Shown here: in pieces, positions 51,255 through 61,857 of the stretch | Layout of the letters: every line of letters begins with the position of its first letter | Numbering within the stretch: position 1 is the stretch's first letter | NCBI GenBank assembly: GCA_040768745.1 | Contig: JAXGMI010000001.1 | Coordinates: 448,001-512,000, forward strand | Length of the DNA: 64,000 nt | Reading direction: 5' to 3' | Source of the DNA: Desulfomicrobium sp. | GTDB lineage: Bacteria > Desulfobacterota > Desulfovibrionia > Desulfovibrionales > Desulfomicrobiaceae | Program-made: the position numbers and the translations under genes | Notes under the pieces: model-generated | Database searches by the model: none | Told to the model about the DNA's origin: nothing | What the model saw: only the letters and a program-made list of their open reading frames with translations

Positions 51255-54200
51255 CCATCAACGAATCCCTCATCGAAGAAGCAACCCTCCAATGGTTAGG
51301 GGAACTGGGCTATGCCGCTTTGCACGGCCCGATGCTCGCGCCCGGTGAACCGGCGACTGAGCGGGATTCGTTTGGTGATGTGGCGCTTGTCGGACGTCTG
51401 CGTGAAGCAATCCGGCGTCTGAATCCGGCCATGCCCGAAGAGGCTTGGGAAGATGCCGTACGCAAGGTTTTACTGGTGGCAACGCCATCCTTGACGCAGA
51501 CCAACCGTGCTTTTCACAAGATGCTGCGCGACGGGGTGCCGGTGGAGTATTCCCGGCCAGATGGCAGCATTGCTGGTGATCACGCCCGGCTGGTGGATTT
51601 CGACGACGTCTCGGCGAACGACTGGCTGGCGGTCAATCAGTTCACGGTCATTGAGGGCGCGCTCTCCTCTACCTCTGGGAGAGGCGGGGGTGAGGGTATC
51701 GGGGCGCACCGCCGCCCCGATATAGTGATTTTCGTCAACGGGCTGCCGCTGGGTCTGATCGAACTCAAAAACGCGGCGGATGAGGACGCGACGATCTGGA
51801 GCGCGTATGCACAGCTCCAAACCTACAAGAGTCAGATCCCATCACTATTGCAGTACAACGCGCTGCTTGTGGTCAGTGACGGCTTGCAGGCCCGCATGGG
51901 CTCGCTGACGGCCAATCAGGAATGGTTCAAGGTATGGAGGGAGCCGGATGTCTCGCCTCCACCCTCACCCCAACCCTTTCCCGCTGGGAGAGGGAGTGAA
52001 CATTATCGCGGAGGGTTCGGTTTTGCCGGATTGACAGACAAAGCGAGGAAATTGCGGCGGCACCAAACTTCGGCGGAAGAGTTGCTTTGGGACTTGCTGC
52101 GGGATCGACAGTTGATGGGGGCGAAATTCCGGAGGCAACACCAGTTCGGCGAATACATCTGCGATTTCTTCTGCCACGACGCAAAGCTGGTCGTGGAATG
52201 CGATGGCGAGCCGCACTCCGAAGCCGCACGCATGAAGCACGACGCCAAACGGGATGCTTATCTCAGGTCTCGGGGACTTACGGTTGTCCGGTTTGCAAAC
52301 GAACGGGTCTTGAATGACACCGACGCTGTTCTTCAGGAAATCGCCTCCCATTTCCCTTCTCCCGCTGGGAGAAGGGCCGGGGATGAGGGGCAGCAGCGAC
52401 CCAAAACCACGCTCGAACTCCAAACGTTGATTTACGGCGTCTTCGAGCGGGAACGCTTTCTCAAGCTGCTGCTACATTTCATTGTTTTCGAGGAGGACCC
52501 GGACTCCGGTGCGTTGCACAAGATCATCGCGGGCTACCATCAATTCCATGCCGTGAACGCGGCGGTGGAAGAGACCATTCGCGCCTCGCTCACTCCGCAT
52601 GATTTCGCGGGAAAGAACGCAACGCTCAGCGAGAACGCGGGCACCTACTGGGCGGGTCGCATGCATGGCGGCAAGCCGGGCGATCGACGTGCGGGAGTTG
52701 TCTGGCACACGCAGGGTAGCGGCAAGAGTTTCACCATGCTGTTCTTTGCCGCTCGCGTGATCCGCGAGAGTGCGATGCAAAACCCTACCCTAGTGGTCTT
52801 GACCGACCGCAATGACCTTGACGACCAGCTTTTCGGCCAATTTCAGCGCTGTCACGACATTCTCGGCCAGACTCCGGTACAGGCCGCGAATCGTGAGAAG
52901 ATGCGCGAATTGCTGGCCGTGGCGAGCGGGGGAGTGGTCTTCACCACGATCCAGAAATTTTTGCCCGAGCGGGGAGAGCGGATGCCCTGCCTGAGCGAGC
53001 GCCGGAACATCATCGTCATCGCCGACGAAGCGCACCGCAGCCAATACGATCTCATCGACGGCCTGGCCCGGCATATGCGCGATGCCTTGCCAAACGCCTC
53101 CTTCATTGGTTTCACCGGCACGCCCATCGAGAAGACCGACGCCAACACGCGGGCGGTCTTTGGCGATTACATTTCCATCTACGACATCCAGCGTGCCGTT
53201 GCCGACAAGGCCACGGTGCCGATCTACTACGAGAGCCGCATCTCCAAACTTGGCCTGAACGCCAGCGAACTGCCGACGCTCGACGCGGATTTTGAAGAGA
53301 TCACCGAAGGCGAAGAAGAGACGAAGAAGGAAAAACTCAAGTCCAAGTGGGCAGCGCTGGAAGCGTTGGTGGGTGATCCCAAGCGCGTCGCCCTCATCGC
53401 CGCCGATCTGGTGACGCATTTCGAGAAGCGCGTGGAGGCCATGGACGGCAAGGCCATGATCGTGTGCATGAGCCGCCGCATCTGCGTGGATATGTACGAA
53501 GCGCTCATCAAGCTTCGGCCAGACTGGGCCAGCGCCACGAATGACGACATTGAGGCCGAGAAGGGTAAGGACTGCGTGGTGAAGGTGGTCATGACCGGCA
53601 GTGCCGAAGACGGCCCGGACTGGCAACCCCACATCCGCAACAAGGACAAGCGCCGCAAGCTGGCCAACCGTTTCAAGGACAGCAAAGACCCCTTCCGGAT
53701 CGTGATCGTGCGCGACATGTGGCTGACCGGTTTTGACGCGCCTTGCCTGCACACCATGTATGCCGACAAGCCCATGCAGGGACACGGCCTCATGCAGGCC
53801 ATCGCCCGCGTGAACCGTGTCTTTCGTGACAAGCCGGGCGGTCTGGTGGTGGATTATCTGGGTCTGGCCGATCAGCTTAAAAATGCCCTGGCCAACTACA
53901 CCGAGAGCGGGGGCAAGGGTGACCCGACCTTTGACACTCGGCAGGCCATCGCCGTGATGCTGGAAAAGCACAATATCGCCTGCGACATCATGCACGGTTT
54001 CAATTGGAAATTGTGGACCACTGGCAAGCCTTCCGAGCGCCTGGCCCTCATCCCTGCCGGTCAGGAGCACATCCTGAGCCAGGAAGACGGCAAGAAGCGC
54101 TGGGTGCAGGTGGTGACCGAACTTTCTCGCGCCTTTGCCCTCTGCGCCGCGAGCGATGAAGCCACCGAAATTCGCGAAGACGTTTCCTTCTTCCAGGCCC

Positions 54201-54904
54201 TGCAAGCCGCGCTGAACAAGCAAAACGGCACCAGCCGCAAGACCCCTGAGCAGATCGACGCGGCCATCCGCCAGCTCGTGTCCAAGGCCATCACCACCGA
54301 AGGCCAGGTCATCGACGTCTTCACCGCCGCCGGACTTCCGAGGCCGGACATATCCATCCTGAGCGACCAATTCCTGGCCGAAGTGCGCGGCCTCAAACAC
54401 AAGAACGTCGCCGCCGAGTTGCTGGAGAAACTGCTCAAGGATGAACTGAAGGTCCGCGCCAAGCGGAACATCGTCCAGAGCCAGGTGTTCAGCGAGAAGC
54501 TCAAGAAGACGCTCAATTCCTATCATAACCGGGCCATCTCGACGATGGAGGTTATCGAGGAACTCATCACCCTGGCCAAGGAAATGGAAGCCGCGACAAA
54601 GCGGGGTGAACATCTCGGCCTGACGGATAATGAGATTGCGTTTTACGACGCTCTCGCCGCCAACGAATCCGCCGTGAAAGCAATGGGCGACGACAAGCTC
54701 AAGGTCATCGCCACGGAACTCATCACCCAGATCCGCAAGAGCGTGACCATTGACTGGACTTTGCGCGAAGGCGCGCGGGCAAAGATGCGCGTGATGGTCA
54801 AGCGCATCCTGAACAAGTACGGCTATCCGCCGGACCTCCAGGCAGAAGCGGTGAAGACGGTGCTTATGCAGGCGGAGTTGTTGTGCAGGGAGTGGGCGGC
54901 GTGA
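51251..54904 (+). CDS. hsdR: Type I R-M restriction subunit R with an internal DUF559 nuclease insertion
   Basis: [59 protein letters not shown]-terminal KYGYPPD. Confidence 0.96.
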   Translation: MTINESLIEEATLQWLGELGYAALHGPMLAPGEPATERDSFGDVALVGRLREAIRRLNPAMPEEAWEDAVRKVLLVATPSLTQTNRAFHKMLRDGVPVEYSRPDGSIAGDHARLVDFDDVSANDWLAVNQFTVIEGALSSTSGRGGGEGIGAHRRPDIVIFVNGLPLGLIELKNAADEDATIWSAYAQLQTYKSQIPSLLQYNALLVVSDGLQARMGSLTANQEWFKVWREPDVSPPPSPQPFPAGRGSEHYRGGFGFAGLTDKARKLRRHQTSAEELLWDLLRDRQLMGAKFRRQHQFGEYICDFFCHDAKLVVECDGEPHSEAARMKHDAKRDAYLRSRGLTVVRFANERVLNDTDAVLQEIASHFPSPAGRRAGDEGQQRPKTTLELQTLIYGVFERERFLKLLLHFIVFEEDPDSGALHKIIAGYHQFHAVNAAVEETIRASLTPHDFAGKNATLSENAGTYWAGRMHGGKPGDRRAGVVWHTQGSGKSFTMLFFAARVIRESAMQNPTLVVLTDRNDLDDQLFGQFQRCHDILGQTPVQAANREKMRELLAVASGGVVFTTIQKFLPERGERMPCLSERRNIIVIADEAHRSQYDLIDGLARHMRDALPNASFIGFTGTPIEKTDANTRAVFGDYISIYDIQRAVADKATVPIYYESRISKLGLNASELPTLDADFEEITEGEEETKKEKLKSKWAALEALVGDPKRVALIAADLVTHFEKRVEAMDGKAMIVCMSRRICVDMYEALIKLRPDWASATNDDIEAEKGKDCVVKVVMTGSAEDGPDWQPHIRNKDKRRKLANRFKDSKDPFRIVIVRDMWLTGFDAPCLHTMYADKPMQGHGLMQAIARVNRVFRDKPGGLVVDYLGLADQLKNALANYTESGGKGDPTFDTRQAIAVMLEKHNIACDIMHGFNWKLWTTGKPSERLALIPAGQEHILSQEDGKKRWVQVVTELSRAFALCAASDEATEIREDVSFFQALQAALNKQNGTSRKTPEQIDAAIRQLVSKAITTEGQVIDVFTAAGLPRPDISILSDQFLAEVRGLKHKNVAAELLEKLLKDELKVRAKRNIVQSQVFSEKLKKTLNSYHNRAISTMEVIEELITLAKEMEAATKRGEHLGLTDNEIAFYDALAANESAVKAMGDDKLKVIATELITQIRKSVTIDWTLREGARAKMRVMVKRILNKYGYPPDLQAEAVKTVLMQAELLCREWAA
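51962..52390 (+). mobile_element. DUF559 (Vsr-like PD-(D/E)xK) endonuclease cassette with inverted hairpin repeats, in frame in hsdR
   Basis: ARKLRR.QT.AE.LLW..LR...KFRRQH..G.YI.DF....KLVVE.DG..H...D..RD..L...G..V.RF.N; flanks 51962-51995 and 52353-52389 are mutually inverted. Confidence 0.8.
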
Positions 54905-54940
54905 GTTCCGCGCGCGAGCGCCGGCCCCCTGGCGAGAGCT

Positions 54941-54984
54941 GGCCCCTTGCGGGGGCAGGCGTGCGGCGTTCCCCCGCAGGGCCT
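54941..54984. terminator. GC hairpin between convergent hsdR and hlyD
   Basis: ggccccttgcggggg...cccccgcagggcc; no clear U-tract. Confidence 0.4.
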
Positions 54985-56318
54985 CAGCGCTCCCGACACG
55001 CCTCCAGCACGGCCTTGGTCACCGGCGAGAGCAGATATTCCAGCACGGACCGCTGGCCGAGCCTGATCTCGGCCGAAACCTGCATCCCCGGCAGCAGGGG
55101 ATAGCTCTGGCCCCCGTGGAGCAGATGCTGCGTGGCCAGGCCGATGGTTGATTTGTAGACCAGGGGCGCCCCTTCCCCTCTCTCCCCCTGACCCGCGCCT
55201 TCCCCCACGGCGTTCGCGTCCGGCCCGACCCGTTCCACCATGCCGTCCAGCATCCCGTATTTCTGGAAGGCAAAGGCCCCCAGCTTCACCACCGCGGGCT
55301 GTCCCGGGGCGACAAACCCGATGTCCTCATTCTGGATCCACACCTCGGCCAGCAATTCCTCTTTCCCGGGCACCAGGGTCATGACAATGGTGCCGGGGCT
55401 GACCACCGTGCCCACCGTATGGGTGGCCAGGTCCTTGACCACCCCGTCCTGGGGCGCGGTCAGCTCCAGCAGTTCATTGCGTCGATCCTCCTTGGTCAGG
55501 GCCTGTTCCACCGCGGCCAGCCTGGACATGGTCTCCACCCGTTCCGCGCGCAGATTGCGCTGATCATCCGCCCGGACTTGGATAATCCGCTTTTCGACCC
55601 GCACAATGTCGGCCTTCAGGCCCTGCACGGCGAACTCCTGCGCGTTCAGCTCCCGCTCCTTTTCCTGGCGTTCCCGGTGCTTGTCCGTGACCAGCAGGCG
55701 GGGCACATGCCCGTCCCGGCCCAGACGGCCGTATGCCTCGTCCTGATCCCGGTAATGGGCCAGGGAGTCCACCATGCGCGTCCTGGTCTCCACCGCCCCG
55801 GACAGCTCATGCCGGGCCTTTTCCAGCAGGGCCCGCTGTTCGGCCACGGCATTGGCCAGGGCCAGGCGATTGGCCTGGAACTGGGCCTGCACCCCGGCAA
55901 AGAGATCCGCCGGATCGTCCTGGTGCCGGAAAAACGGCGAATCCGCCAACTCCGCGTCGATGCGGCGCAAGGTCAAAGTCAGGCGGTGCCTGTCCGCCAC
56001 CAGGGTCGCGCGGTCCGCCCGCACGTCGGTGCCGTCCAGGCGCATGAGGGGCTGCCCCTGACGGACCGCATCGCCCTCCCGCACCAGAATCTCCTTGACG
56101 ATGCCGCTCTCGGCAGGCTGCACGATCTTGAGATACGTTCTGGGCACCAGCCTGCCCTGGGCCACGGCCACGATATCCAGTTGCCCGAAGATGCCCCAGA
56201 CCAGCATTGTGGCGCAAAACGCCAGGAGGGTGCCAAGCAGTTTCCGGCCCAGGGGCGAAGGCGGAGTTTCCCGCACACGACGGTGCCCGGGCCAAAATTC
56301 CAGAAATTCGTCGGTCAT
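54984..56318 (-). CDS. HlyD-family type I secretion membrane fusion protein
   Basis: LDIVAVAQGRLVP..KIVQP, LTAPQDGVV, KLGAF.FQKYG, PGMQVSAEI..GQRSVLEYLLSP. Confidence 0.93.
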   Translation of the reverse strand: MTDEFLEFWPGHRRVRETPPSPLGRKLLGTLLAFCATMLVWGIFGQLDIVAVAQGRLVPRTYLKIVQPAESGIVKEILVREGDAVRQGQPLMRLDGTDVRADRATLVADRHRLTLTLRRIDAELADSPFFRHQDDPADLFAGVQAQFQANRLALANAVAEQRALLEKARHELSGAVETRTRMVDSLAHYRDQDEAYGRLGRDGHVPRLLVTDKHRERQEKERELNAQEFAVQGLKADIVRVEKRIIQVRADDQRNLRAERVETMSRLAAVEQALTKEDRRNELLELTAPQDGVVKDLATHTVGTVVSPGTIVMTLVPGKEELLAEVWIQNEDIGFVAPGQPAVVKLGAFAFQKYGMLDGMVERVGPDANAVGEGAGQGERGEGAPLVYKSTIGLATQHLLHGGQSYPLLPGMQVSAEIRLGQRSVLEYLLSPVTKAVLEACRER

Positions 56319-56397
56319 GACCCAACCCGTGGGGGTTTGCCCCCTTCAACCGCATCGGCAGGGCGGGAGAATGCGCATGCCCCCCGCCCTGCCGCGT

Positions 56398-59300
56398 TCA
56401 TCCAAGACGGACCGCGCCGGTCTGCAGACCGGAGAATGGCCGCAGGGCTTGCAAAGATGCGCCGAAGTCCGCACCCCCCACCACCTCCTGGGCGGCCAGG
56501 ACGTCCATGCCCGTCAGACTGCCATTCCTGCCGTACCAGTAGGCCAGATCACCGCCCACGGCCTCGCTGTCGCTGCCGCCGAGATGGTACTGCCCCAGGG
56601 CGTTCAGCAGGTCCCAGCTTGTCAGCCCGGGATCGGCCTGCCTGGCCTGGTCGAACTGGCCCACCAGACCCATGAAATCGAACCGCTCCACCCTGTGGTC
56701 CAGAATGGGGCTCGTCGAGGTGGGATCGTACTCGTCCGTGGAGTCCAGAACGACCTGCAGCGTTCCGACACTCTGGCCCGAACGCGCATACCAATCCCTG
56801 AACAGCACCGACTCCGCGTTGCCCACGTCCAGGATCAGATCCTTGCCCTGCACGCGAAACGAGAGGTCGGAGTATCCGATCCCGTTGCCCAGGGACAGGG
56901 TGTTGTCCCCGCCCTTGGACGCCCCGACGATGTCCGCCCCGTCACCGCGGTTGAAGGCGATGACGTCCGTCCCCGTGCCCGTGATCACTGTGTCGTTCCC
57001 GCTGCCGCCGATGAACAGTTCCGCACCGGCGCCGCCGGTCACGGCGTCGTCGCCGGAACCGCCATGCAGCAGGGCGTTGCCCGAGGTGTCGGTCAGGACG
57101 TCGTTCCCCGCCCCTCCCTCCAGGATGTCGTTGCCCCGGCCGCCGTTCAGGGCATTGGTGGAGCTGTTCCCGCGCAGATAATTGGCCAGGGCGTTGCCCG
57201 ACCCATCCAGGGCCGCCTCCCCGCTCAGCATCAAGTATTCGACGCTGCGGGGCAAGGTCAGGGAGACCGCGGAGTGGAGAAGATCCATGCCCTCGTCCGC
57301 GTTTTCCGTGATCTTGTCCGAGGTCGTGTCCACATGGTAGGCGTCGTCGCCGGTTCCCCCGGCCATGGTGTCCGCACCCCCGCCGCCATCGAGCACGTCG
57401 TCCCCCGCGCCTCCGGTCAGGACGTTCTTCGCGCTGTTGCCCACGAGCACATTGTCCAGGGCATTGCCTGTTGCGCTGGTGGCGGCCGTGCCGGTCAGGG
57501 TCAGGTTTTCGACATGGTCGGGCAGGGTGTAGCCCACAGAACTGACCACCTGATCCGCGCCTTCCCCTGCATTCTCCATGACCACATCCCCTGTGTTGTC
57601 CACGAGGTACGTGTCGTTGCCAGGCCCTCCGCCCATGGTGTCCAGACCCGCGCCGCCGTCGAGGAGGTCGTCGCCGGCCTTGCCGATGAGGGCGTCGTCG
57701 CCGGCCAGGGCAAAAACCCGGTCATTGCCCGAACCGCCCTGCAGTGTGTCCGCATCCGCCGTGCCGGTGAGGATCAGGTCCTGTACCGTGACCGTGACGT
57801 CGAAAACGTCGCTGGCGCTGAGCCCCCCCGCATCCCGGGCAGTGACCCGCACGCTCAGGGTGCCCGATGCCCCCTCGGGAGGAATGCCCTCAAATGCGCG
57901 GCTCCGGCTGTCAAAGGTCAGCCATGCGGGCAGGTCCGATCCATCCACCAGGGTCGCCGAGTAGGACAGGGGATCGGCATCCGGATCGACAAAGGCCCCG
58001 GCTGGAATGACGTGACTGAAGGCCGCCCCCTCGGCCACGGCCAGGTCCTCCAGAGGCTCGGCCAGGGCGGGGGCCCGGTTGGGAGCGTCCACCACGATGG
58101 TCACGGGGGTGCCCGCCGCAAGCCCGTATGTGTCCGTCCCCCACAGCACGAAGTCCAGGATGCCGGCGTCTGGAGCCAGCGGGGTGCCTTCGAAAATCCG
58201 CAGGTTCGCGTCGAACTGCAGCCATGGGGGCAGCGGGGAGCCGTCGCTCATGCTGGCGCTGTAGGTCAGTCTGTCCCACGCATCGGGATCAGCCATGATC
58301 CCATCCCGCACGACATACGAGAAAGGCATGCCGATGGTGGCCTGCAGTTCCGGCACGGGCTGAACCGAAACCGGGGCCTGGTTGGAGGCGACCCGGTTGA
58401 CCACGGTGTCGATCATGGAACCATCCCAGGCCGCGCCGTTCTCGAAGCAAACCTGTTCGATCCTGTAGTCCTGAAAGCCCATTCCTTGCAGAACAGCCGG
58501 GGCGTAGTGGTTGAACACGACCACCTGGTCCAGGCCCTCCGTGAGGGTGAACACCAGATGTTCGCCGACGCGGAAGGCCCTCACGTCCTGCTCGCCGATG
58601 CCCGACCCGAAGCGCAGGGTGTCATTGCCCCCGGCAAGATCATGGTCATCAATGGTGTCCTGGCCGTCCCCCCGCCGGAAGACGTAGATGTCCTGACCAC
58701 CTCCGCCCTGCAGGTAATCGCTTCCCACATCCCCGTGCAGTGCATCGTCCCCGTCATCCCCATACAGCACGTCATCCCCGTCTCCTCCGGACAGATCGTC
58801 TGCATCTTCCCCCCCTGACAGATGATCGTCTCCGATCCCGCCATGAAGGGTATCACCCCCCTCCTGGCCAAGCAGGACATCGCTGCCGTCTCCTCCAAGG
58901 AGAACGTCGCTGCCTGCCCCGGCCTGCAGATGGTCATCCCCGTCCCCGCCCAGCAGGGTGTCGTCGCCGGAGTCCCCCTGCAGCAAGTCGTTCCCCTCAC
59001 CGCCGTCAAGGATGTCTTTGGCGTCACCGCCAAGCAGGGTATCGTGTCCGCTGCCGCCGGACAGGACATCGTCGCCAACACCTCCATAGAGCATGTCCTG
59101 CCCGCTGCCGCCGCTGAGCATGTCGTTGCCCCCGTCCGGGGCGTCATGGTTGAGGACGAAATTCAGGGTCGTGTAGCCTGTATGAAAACCTTTTTCGTGG
59201 GTCTGGAACTCAACGCCCAGGCTGGGCAGATTGTCCAGATTCAGAGATATGGGCAGGGTCAGGTAGCCATCCCCGACCAGGATGTCGTCGCCATCTCCCC

Positions 59301-61857
59301 CGGACAGCTTGTCCGCATGGGAGGCCCCGGCCAGCACATCATTTCCAGCCAGTCCCTGCATCTGGTCGTCGCCGTTCAACCCATCCAGAAAATCATTGTC
59401 CTCCCCGCCAGCGATCCGGTCCGCCCCGCCGCTGCCGCTGATCCAGTCGTTGCCAGCGCCTCCGTCCAGCTGGTCCCCCTCCACGGGTCCGGCCATGGAG
59501 ATGGGCTTGTTGTTCCAGGCGGTGATGTTGCCCATGAGGATATCCGATCCGTTCCCTCCAAGAATTTCGTCCCGGCTCTGGAATCCGAACAGAAAGTCCC
59601 CGGAATCCCCGCCGTTGACATGCAGACGCGGGGCCGTGGCCGGAAAGGGCTGCTCGAAAATGAACGAGCCTTCCGTCGCACCGGGCGGAAAGGTGGCCAG
59701 GTACAGTTTCCAGTTGGCCGGGTCGGAGCTGAAATTGAGAATGCCCATTTCGTCCCGGTCCTGCGTTCCGTTCAGGACCAGGTCCGAAGCCGGAGGCTCG
59801 TCCTGCAGGACAAAGCCGAAGTCCTGCCCTGCGAAGTCGGCTGCCGAGGTTTGCCGGTCAAACGTGACGCTGTCAGTGGGGCCCAGGTTCAGGACCCCGG
59901 GGGAATGGAAGGTCAGGGGCCGGAGGCTGCCGTCATCGCTGATGAACGTGTAGGTGTCCTCGTCGACTTTCATGAACACGCCGGCGATGAGCTGCCCGTT
60001 GTACAGGATATTGTTGCGCCCTTCGTCGATGACGTGGTCGTTTCCCTGAATGGAGTAGGTGTCCACCCCGGCGCCGCCAGACATGACATCATCCCCGACC
60101 CCACCGTCCAGAACGTCGTCGCCAGGACCGCCTTCGAGATAATCGTTGCCGGCGTATGTCCGGAGGATGTCGTTCCCGCCGCCGCCAAAAACGTGATCGT
60201 CGAATCCGGCGTCCGGGTTCAGCGGATCACGGGCCACGTCTATTGTGTCCGCCTGTTCGGACCCGAAAACGTACTCCGGCGAGGGTGTGCGGTAGGGAGC
60301 AGAGTTGGGCACTGTGTTGTTGATGGACACCCCCGTCCCCCTGTCCTCGAAATAACAATAAAGGTCCGGCGAAATCGTGTCCTGCCTGTCCAGATCACGG
60401 ACAGCCAGCTCATTCTTCAGGGCCAGAAACCTGGCCCGCGCCTCCAGATATTCCCCGGTCAAGCCCTGCCCGGTCTGGGCATCGAACAGGTCAAGCTGGC
60501 CCTGATGGTTGAACCGGTCATACAGCCCCCCTTCCCCGCTGACCATGAACGGATTCAGATTGACCAGTGCGTAGCGGGCGGCCACTGAGGCTTGGGCAAG
60601 GCTGGCCAGCTGGGCAGCACTCTGGTTCACCAGGGGCGTAATGGTCCGGGACGTGCCAGCCAACGCTTGGTGAATCATCGAAATCCGCTGATAGAGCGCT
60701 TCACGAATGCTCCCGTCCACGGCCTCGTCCTTGTGCACATCCTGATAGCCGGGAACCAGCATCCTGCCGAAGACATTGACCAGGGATTCGAAGGTGGAAT
60801 TCGTGTCACCAGAGGCTCCCTCGAAAATGGGGCTCAACTCGGCCATGACGGCGTCGGCGCTGGCCGTTTGCAACCGGCTGTCCGCCCTGATGAAAAGATC
60901 GTACACGGCCAGAGCGTCGGTCATCTGCTCGATGCCATGCCCAAAGGAACCGTTCCATGCTGTCTCGATGAAAATCCCGGTATGGGATCCGGGCTGGGCC
61001 AACAACCCTCCTGGCGAATCCTGGGTGACCAGCTCCGGTCCCTTTGTCCCGTACAGGTTGAGGATGCTGGCCTGGTCAAAAGACCCGCCGCCCAGCGTGG
61101 AAAAAAGGTGCTCGATGTTTGCCGTCTTCCACGAGTCCGCGCCCAGGGAAAACCCGGCCCCGTTGATTGCCACGGCATCCTCGACCAGACCCGGGAAAAG
61201 GCGGGACGCGGCCATGGCCAAATGCCCACCCAGGCTATGCCCCGTGGTGATGATGTCTGCCGCGGCCTTGAGGGCGCCGTCCTCTGTGGCGATGACGGAC
61301 TGCAATTGGATCGCGTATACGCCCGAGCCTGGCCCATCAAAAATCAGGTCGGTCCTGGCCATGAGTTCCGATTTGACCTGCGCGTACAGCACCGGGTCAT
61401 GAGCGGCCTGGAGCAGCCGATCCGTGGAGGCCTGGTCAAACTCCAGCGCCGCCACGGTATATGTGGAGCCTTGGGCCGAGCGCAGACGCTGCATGTCGTT
61501 GAACAGGTCGAGAATCTGCTTGATGGCCACCCCGTCGGCAATGATGTCCCCGAAATCCGCGGACGTGGTGTCTTGGGAGAGAAACTCGGTCCCGCGACAG
61601 GCGTAGACAAATTCTCCGCTGACCTTGTTCTGAAAGAGTGTGGCGGAAAACCCGGTACCGGTGTTCGGCAGATGGTACACAACAGACCATGTTCCCACAA
61701 AGTCTGCGGCCTGGGTGGGGGAAAAGGAGCCATTAAGGTTTGAATTTTGGAGAGCAGCTTCGATTCGCTCTTTTGAAAAATCTGGCAACTTGTCGAATGC
61801 GATATAAACTGCATCACTCAACGATGCCATATCATACAAGTTTTTTGTATTAATCAT
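56398..61857 (-). CDS. RTX calcium-binding exoprotein with N-terminal lipase-like (alpha/beta hydrolase) domain and two cadherin-like/Ig domains
   Basis: TGFSATLF, RGTE, TGHSLGGHLA (61225-61242); many GGxGxD nonapeptides; two N.AP...F.Y...D.D...L.YSA...DGS.LP.WL.FD domains. Confidence 0.9.
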   Translation of the reverse strand: MINTKNLYDMASLSDAVYIAFDKLPDFSKERIEAALQNSNLNGSFSPTQAADFVGTWSVVYHLPNTGTGFSATLFQNKVSGEFVYACRGTEFLSQDTTSADFGDIIADGVAIKQILDLFNDMQRLRSAQGSTYTVAALEFDQASTDRLLQAAHDPVLYAQVKSELMARTDLIFDGPGSGVYAIQLQSVIATEDGALKAAADIITTGHSLGGHLAMAASRLFPGLVEDAVAINGAGFSLGADSWKTANIEHLFSTLGGGSFDQASILNLYGTKGPELVTQDSPGGLLAQPGSHTGIFIETAWNGSFGHGIEQMTDALAVYDLFIRADSRLQTASADAVMAELSPIFEGASGDTNSTFESLVNVFGRMLVPGYQDVHKDEAVDGSIREALYQRISMIHQALAGTSRTITPLVNQSAAQLASLAQASVAARYALVNLNPFMVSGEGGLYDRFNHQGQLDLFDAQTGQGLTGEYLEARARFLALKNELAVRDLDRQDTISPDLYCYFEDRGTGVSINNTVPNSAPYRTPSPEYVFGSEQADTIDVARDPLNPDAGFDDHVFGGGGNDILRTYAGNDYLEGGPGDDVLDGGVGDDVMSGGAGVDTYSIQGNDHVIDEGRNNILYNGQLIAGVFMKVDEDTYTFISDDGSLRPLTFHSPGVLNLGPTDSVTFDRQTSAADFAGQDFGFVLQDEPPASDLVLNGTQDRDEMGILNFSSDPANWKLYLATFPPGATEGSFIFEQPFPATAPRLHVNGGDSGDFLFGFQSRDEILGGNGSDILMGNITAWNNKPISMAGPVEGDQLDGGAGNDWISGSGGADRIAGGEDNDFLDGLNGDDQMQGLAGNDVLAGASHADKLSGGDGDDILVGDGYLTLPISLNLDNLPSLGVEFQTHEKGFHTGYTTLNFVLNHDAPDGGNDMLSGGSGQDMLYGGVGDDVLSGGSGHDTLLGGDAKDILDGGEGNDLLQGDSGDDTLLGGDGDDHLQAGAGSDVLLGGDGSDVLLGQEGGDTLHGGIGDDHLSGGEDADDLSGGDGDDVLYGDDGDDALHGDVGSDYLQGGGGQDIYVFRRGDGQDTIDDHDLAGGNDTLRFGSGIGEQDVRAFRVGEHLVFTLTEGLDQVVVFNHYAPAVLQGMGFQDYRIEQVCFENGAAWDGSMIDTVVNRVASNQAPVSVQPVPELQATIGMPFSYVVRDGIMADPDAWDRLTYSASMSDGSPLPPWLQFDANLRIFEGTPLAPDAGILDFVLWGTDTYGLAAGTPVTIVVDAPNRAPALAEPLEDLAVAEGAAFSHVIPAGAFVDPDADPLSYSATLVDGSDLPAWLTFDSRSRAFEGIPPEGASGTLSVRVTARDAGGLSASDVFDVTVTVQDLILTGTADADTLQGGSGNDRVFALAGDDALIGKAGDDLLDGGAGLDTMGGGPGNDTYLVDNTGDVVMENAGEGADQVVSSVGYTLPDHVENLTLTGTAATSATGNALDNVLVGNSAKNVLTGGAGDDVLDGGGGADTMAGGTGDDAYHVDTTSDKITENADEGMDLLHSAVSLTLPRSVEYLMLSGEAALDGSGNALANYLRGNSSTNALNGGRGNDILEGGAGNDVLTDTSGNALLHGGSGDDAVTGGAGAELFIGGSGNDTVITGTGTDVIAFNRGDGADIVGASKGGDNTLSLGNGIGYSDLSFRVQGKDLILDVGNAESVLFRDWYARSGQSVGTLQVVLDSTDEYDPTSTSPILDHRVERFDFMGLVGQFDQARQADPGLTSWDLLNALGQYHLGGSDSEAVGGDLAYWYGRNGSLTGMDVLAAQEVVGGADFGASLQALRPFSGLQTGAVRLG

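Noticed and set aside
51940..52400. Intein or group I/II intron in hsdR
   Set aside because: No N-terminal Cys/Ser block, no His-Asn-(C/S/T) junction, no LAGLIDADG or RT; the boundaries are DNA hairpins.
60200..60240. FrpC-type Asp-Pro self-processing module at RDPLNPD
   Set aside because: Lacks the following DPLxLDLDGDG-type EF-hand-like sequence.
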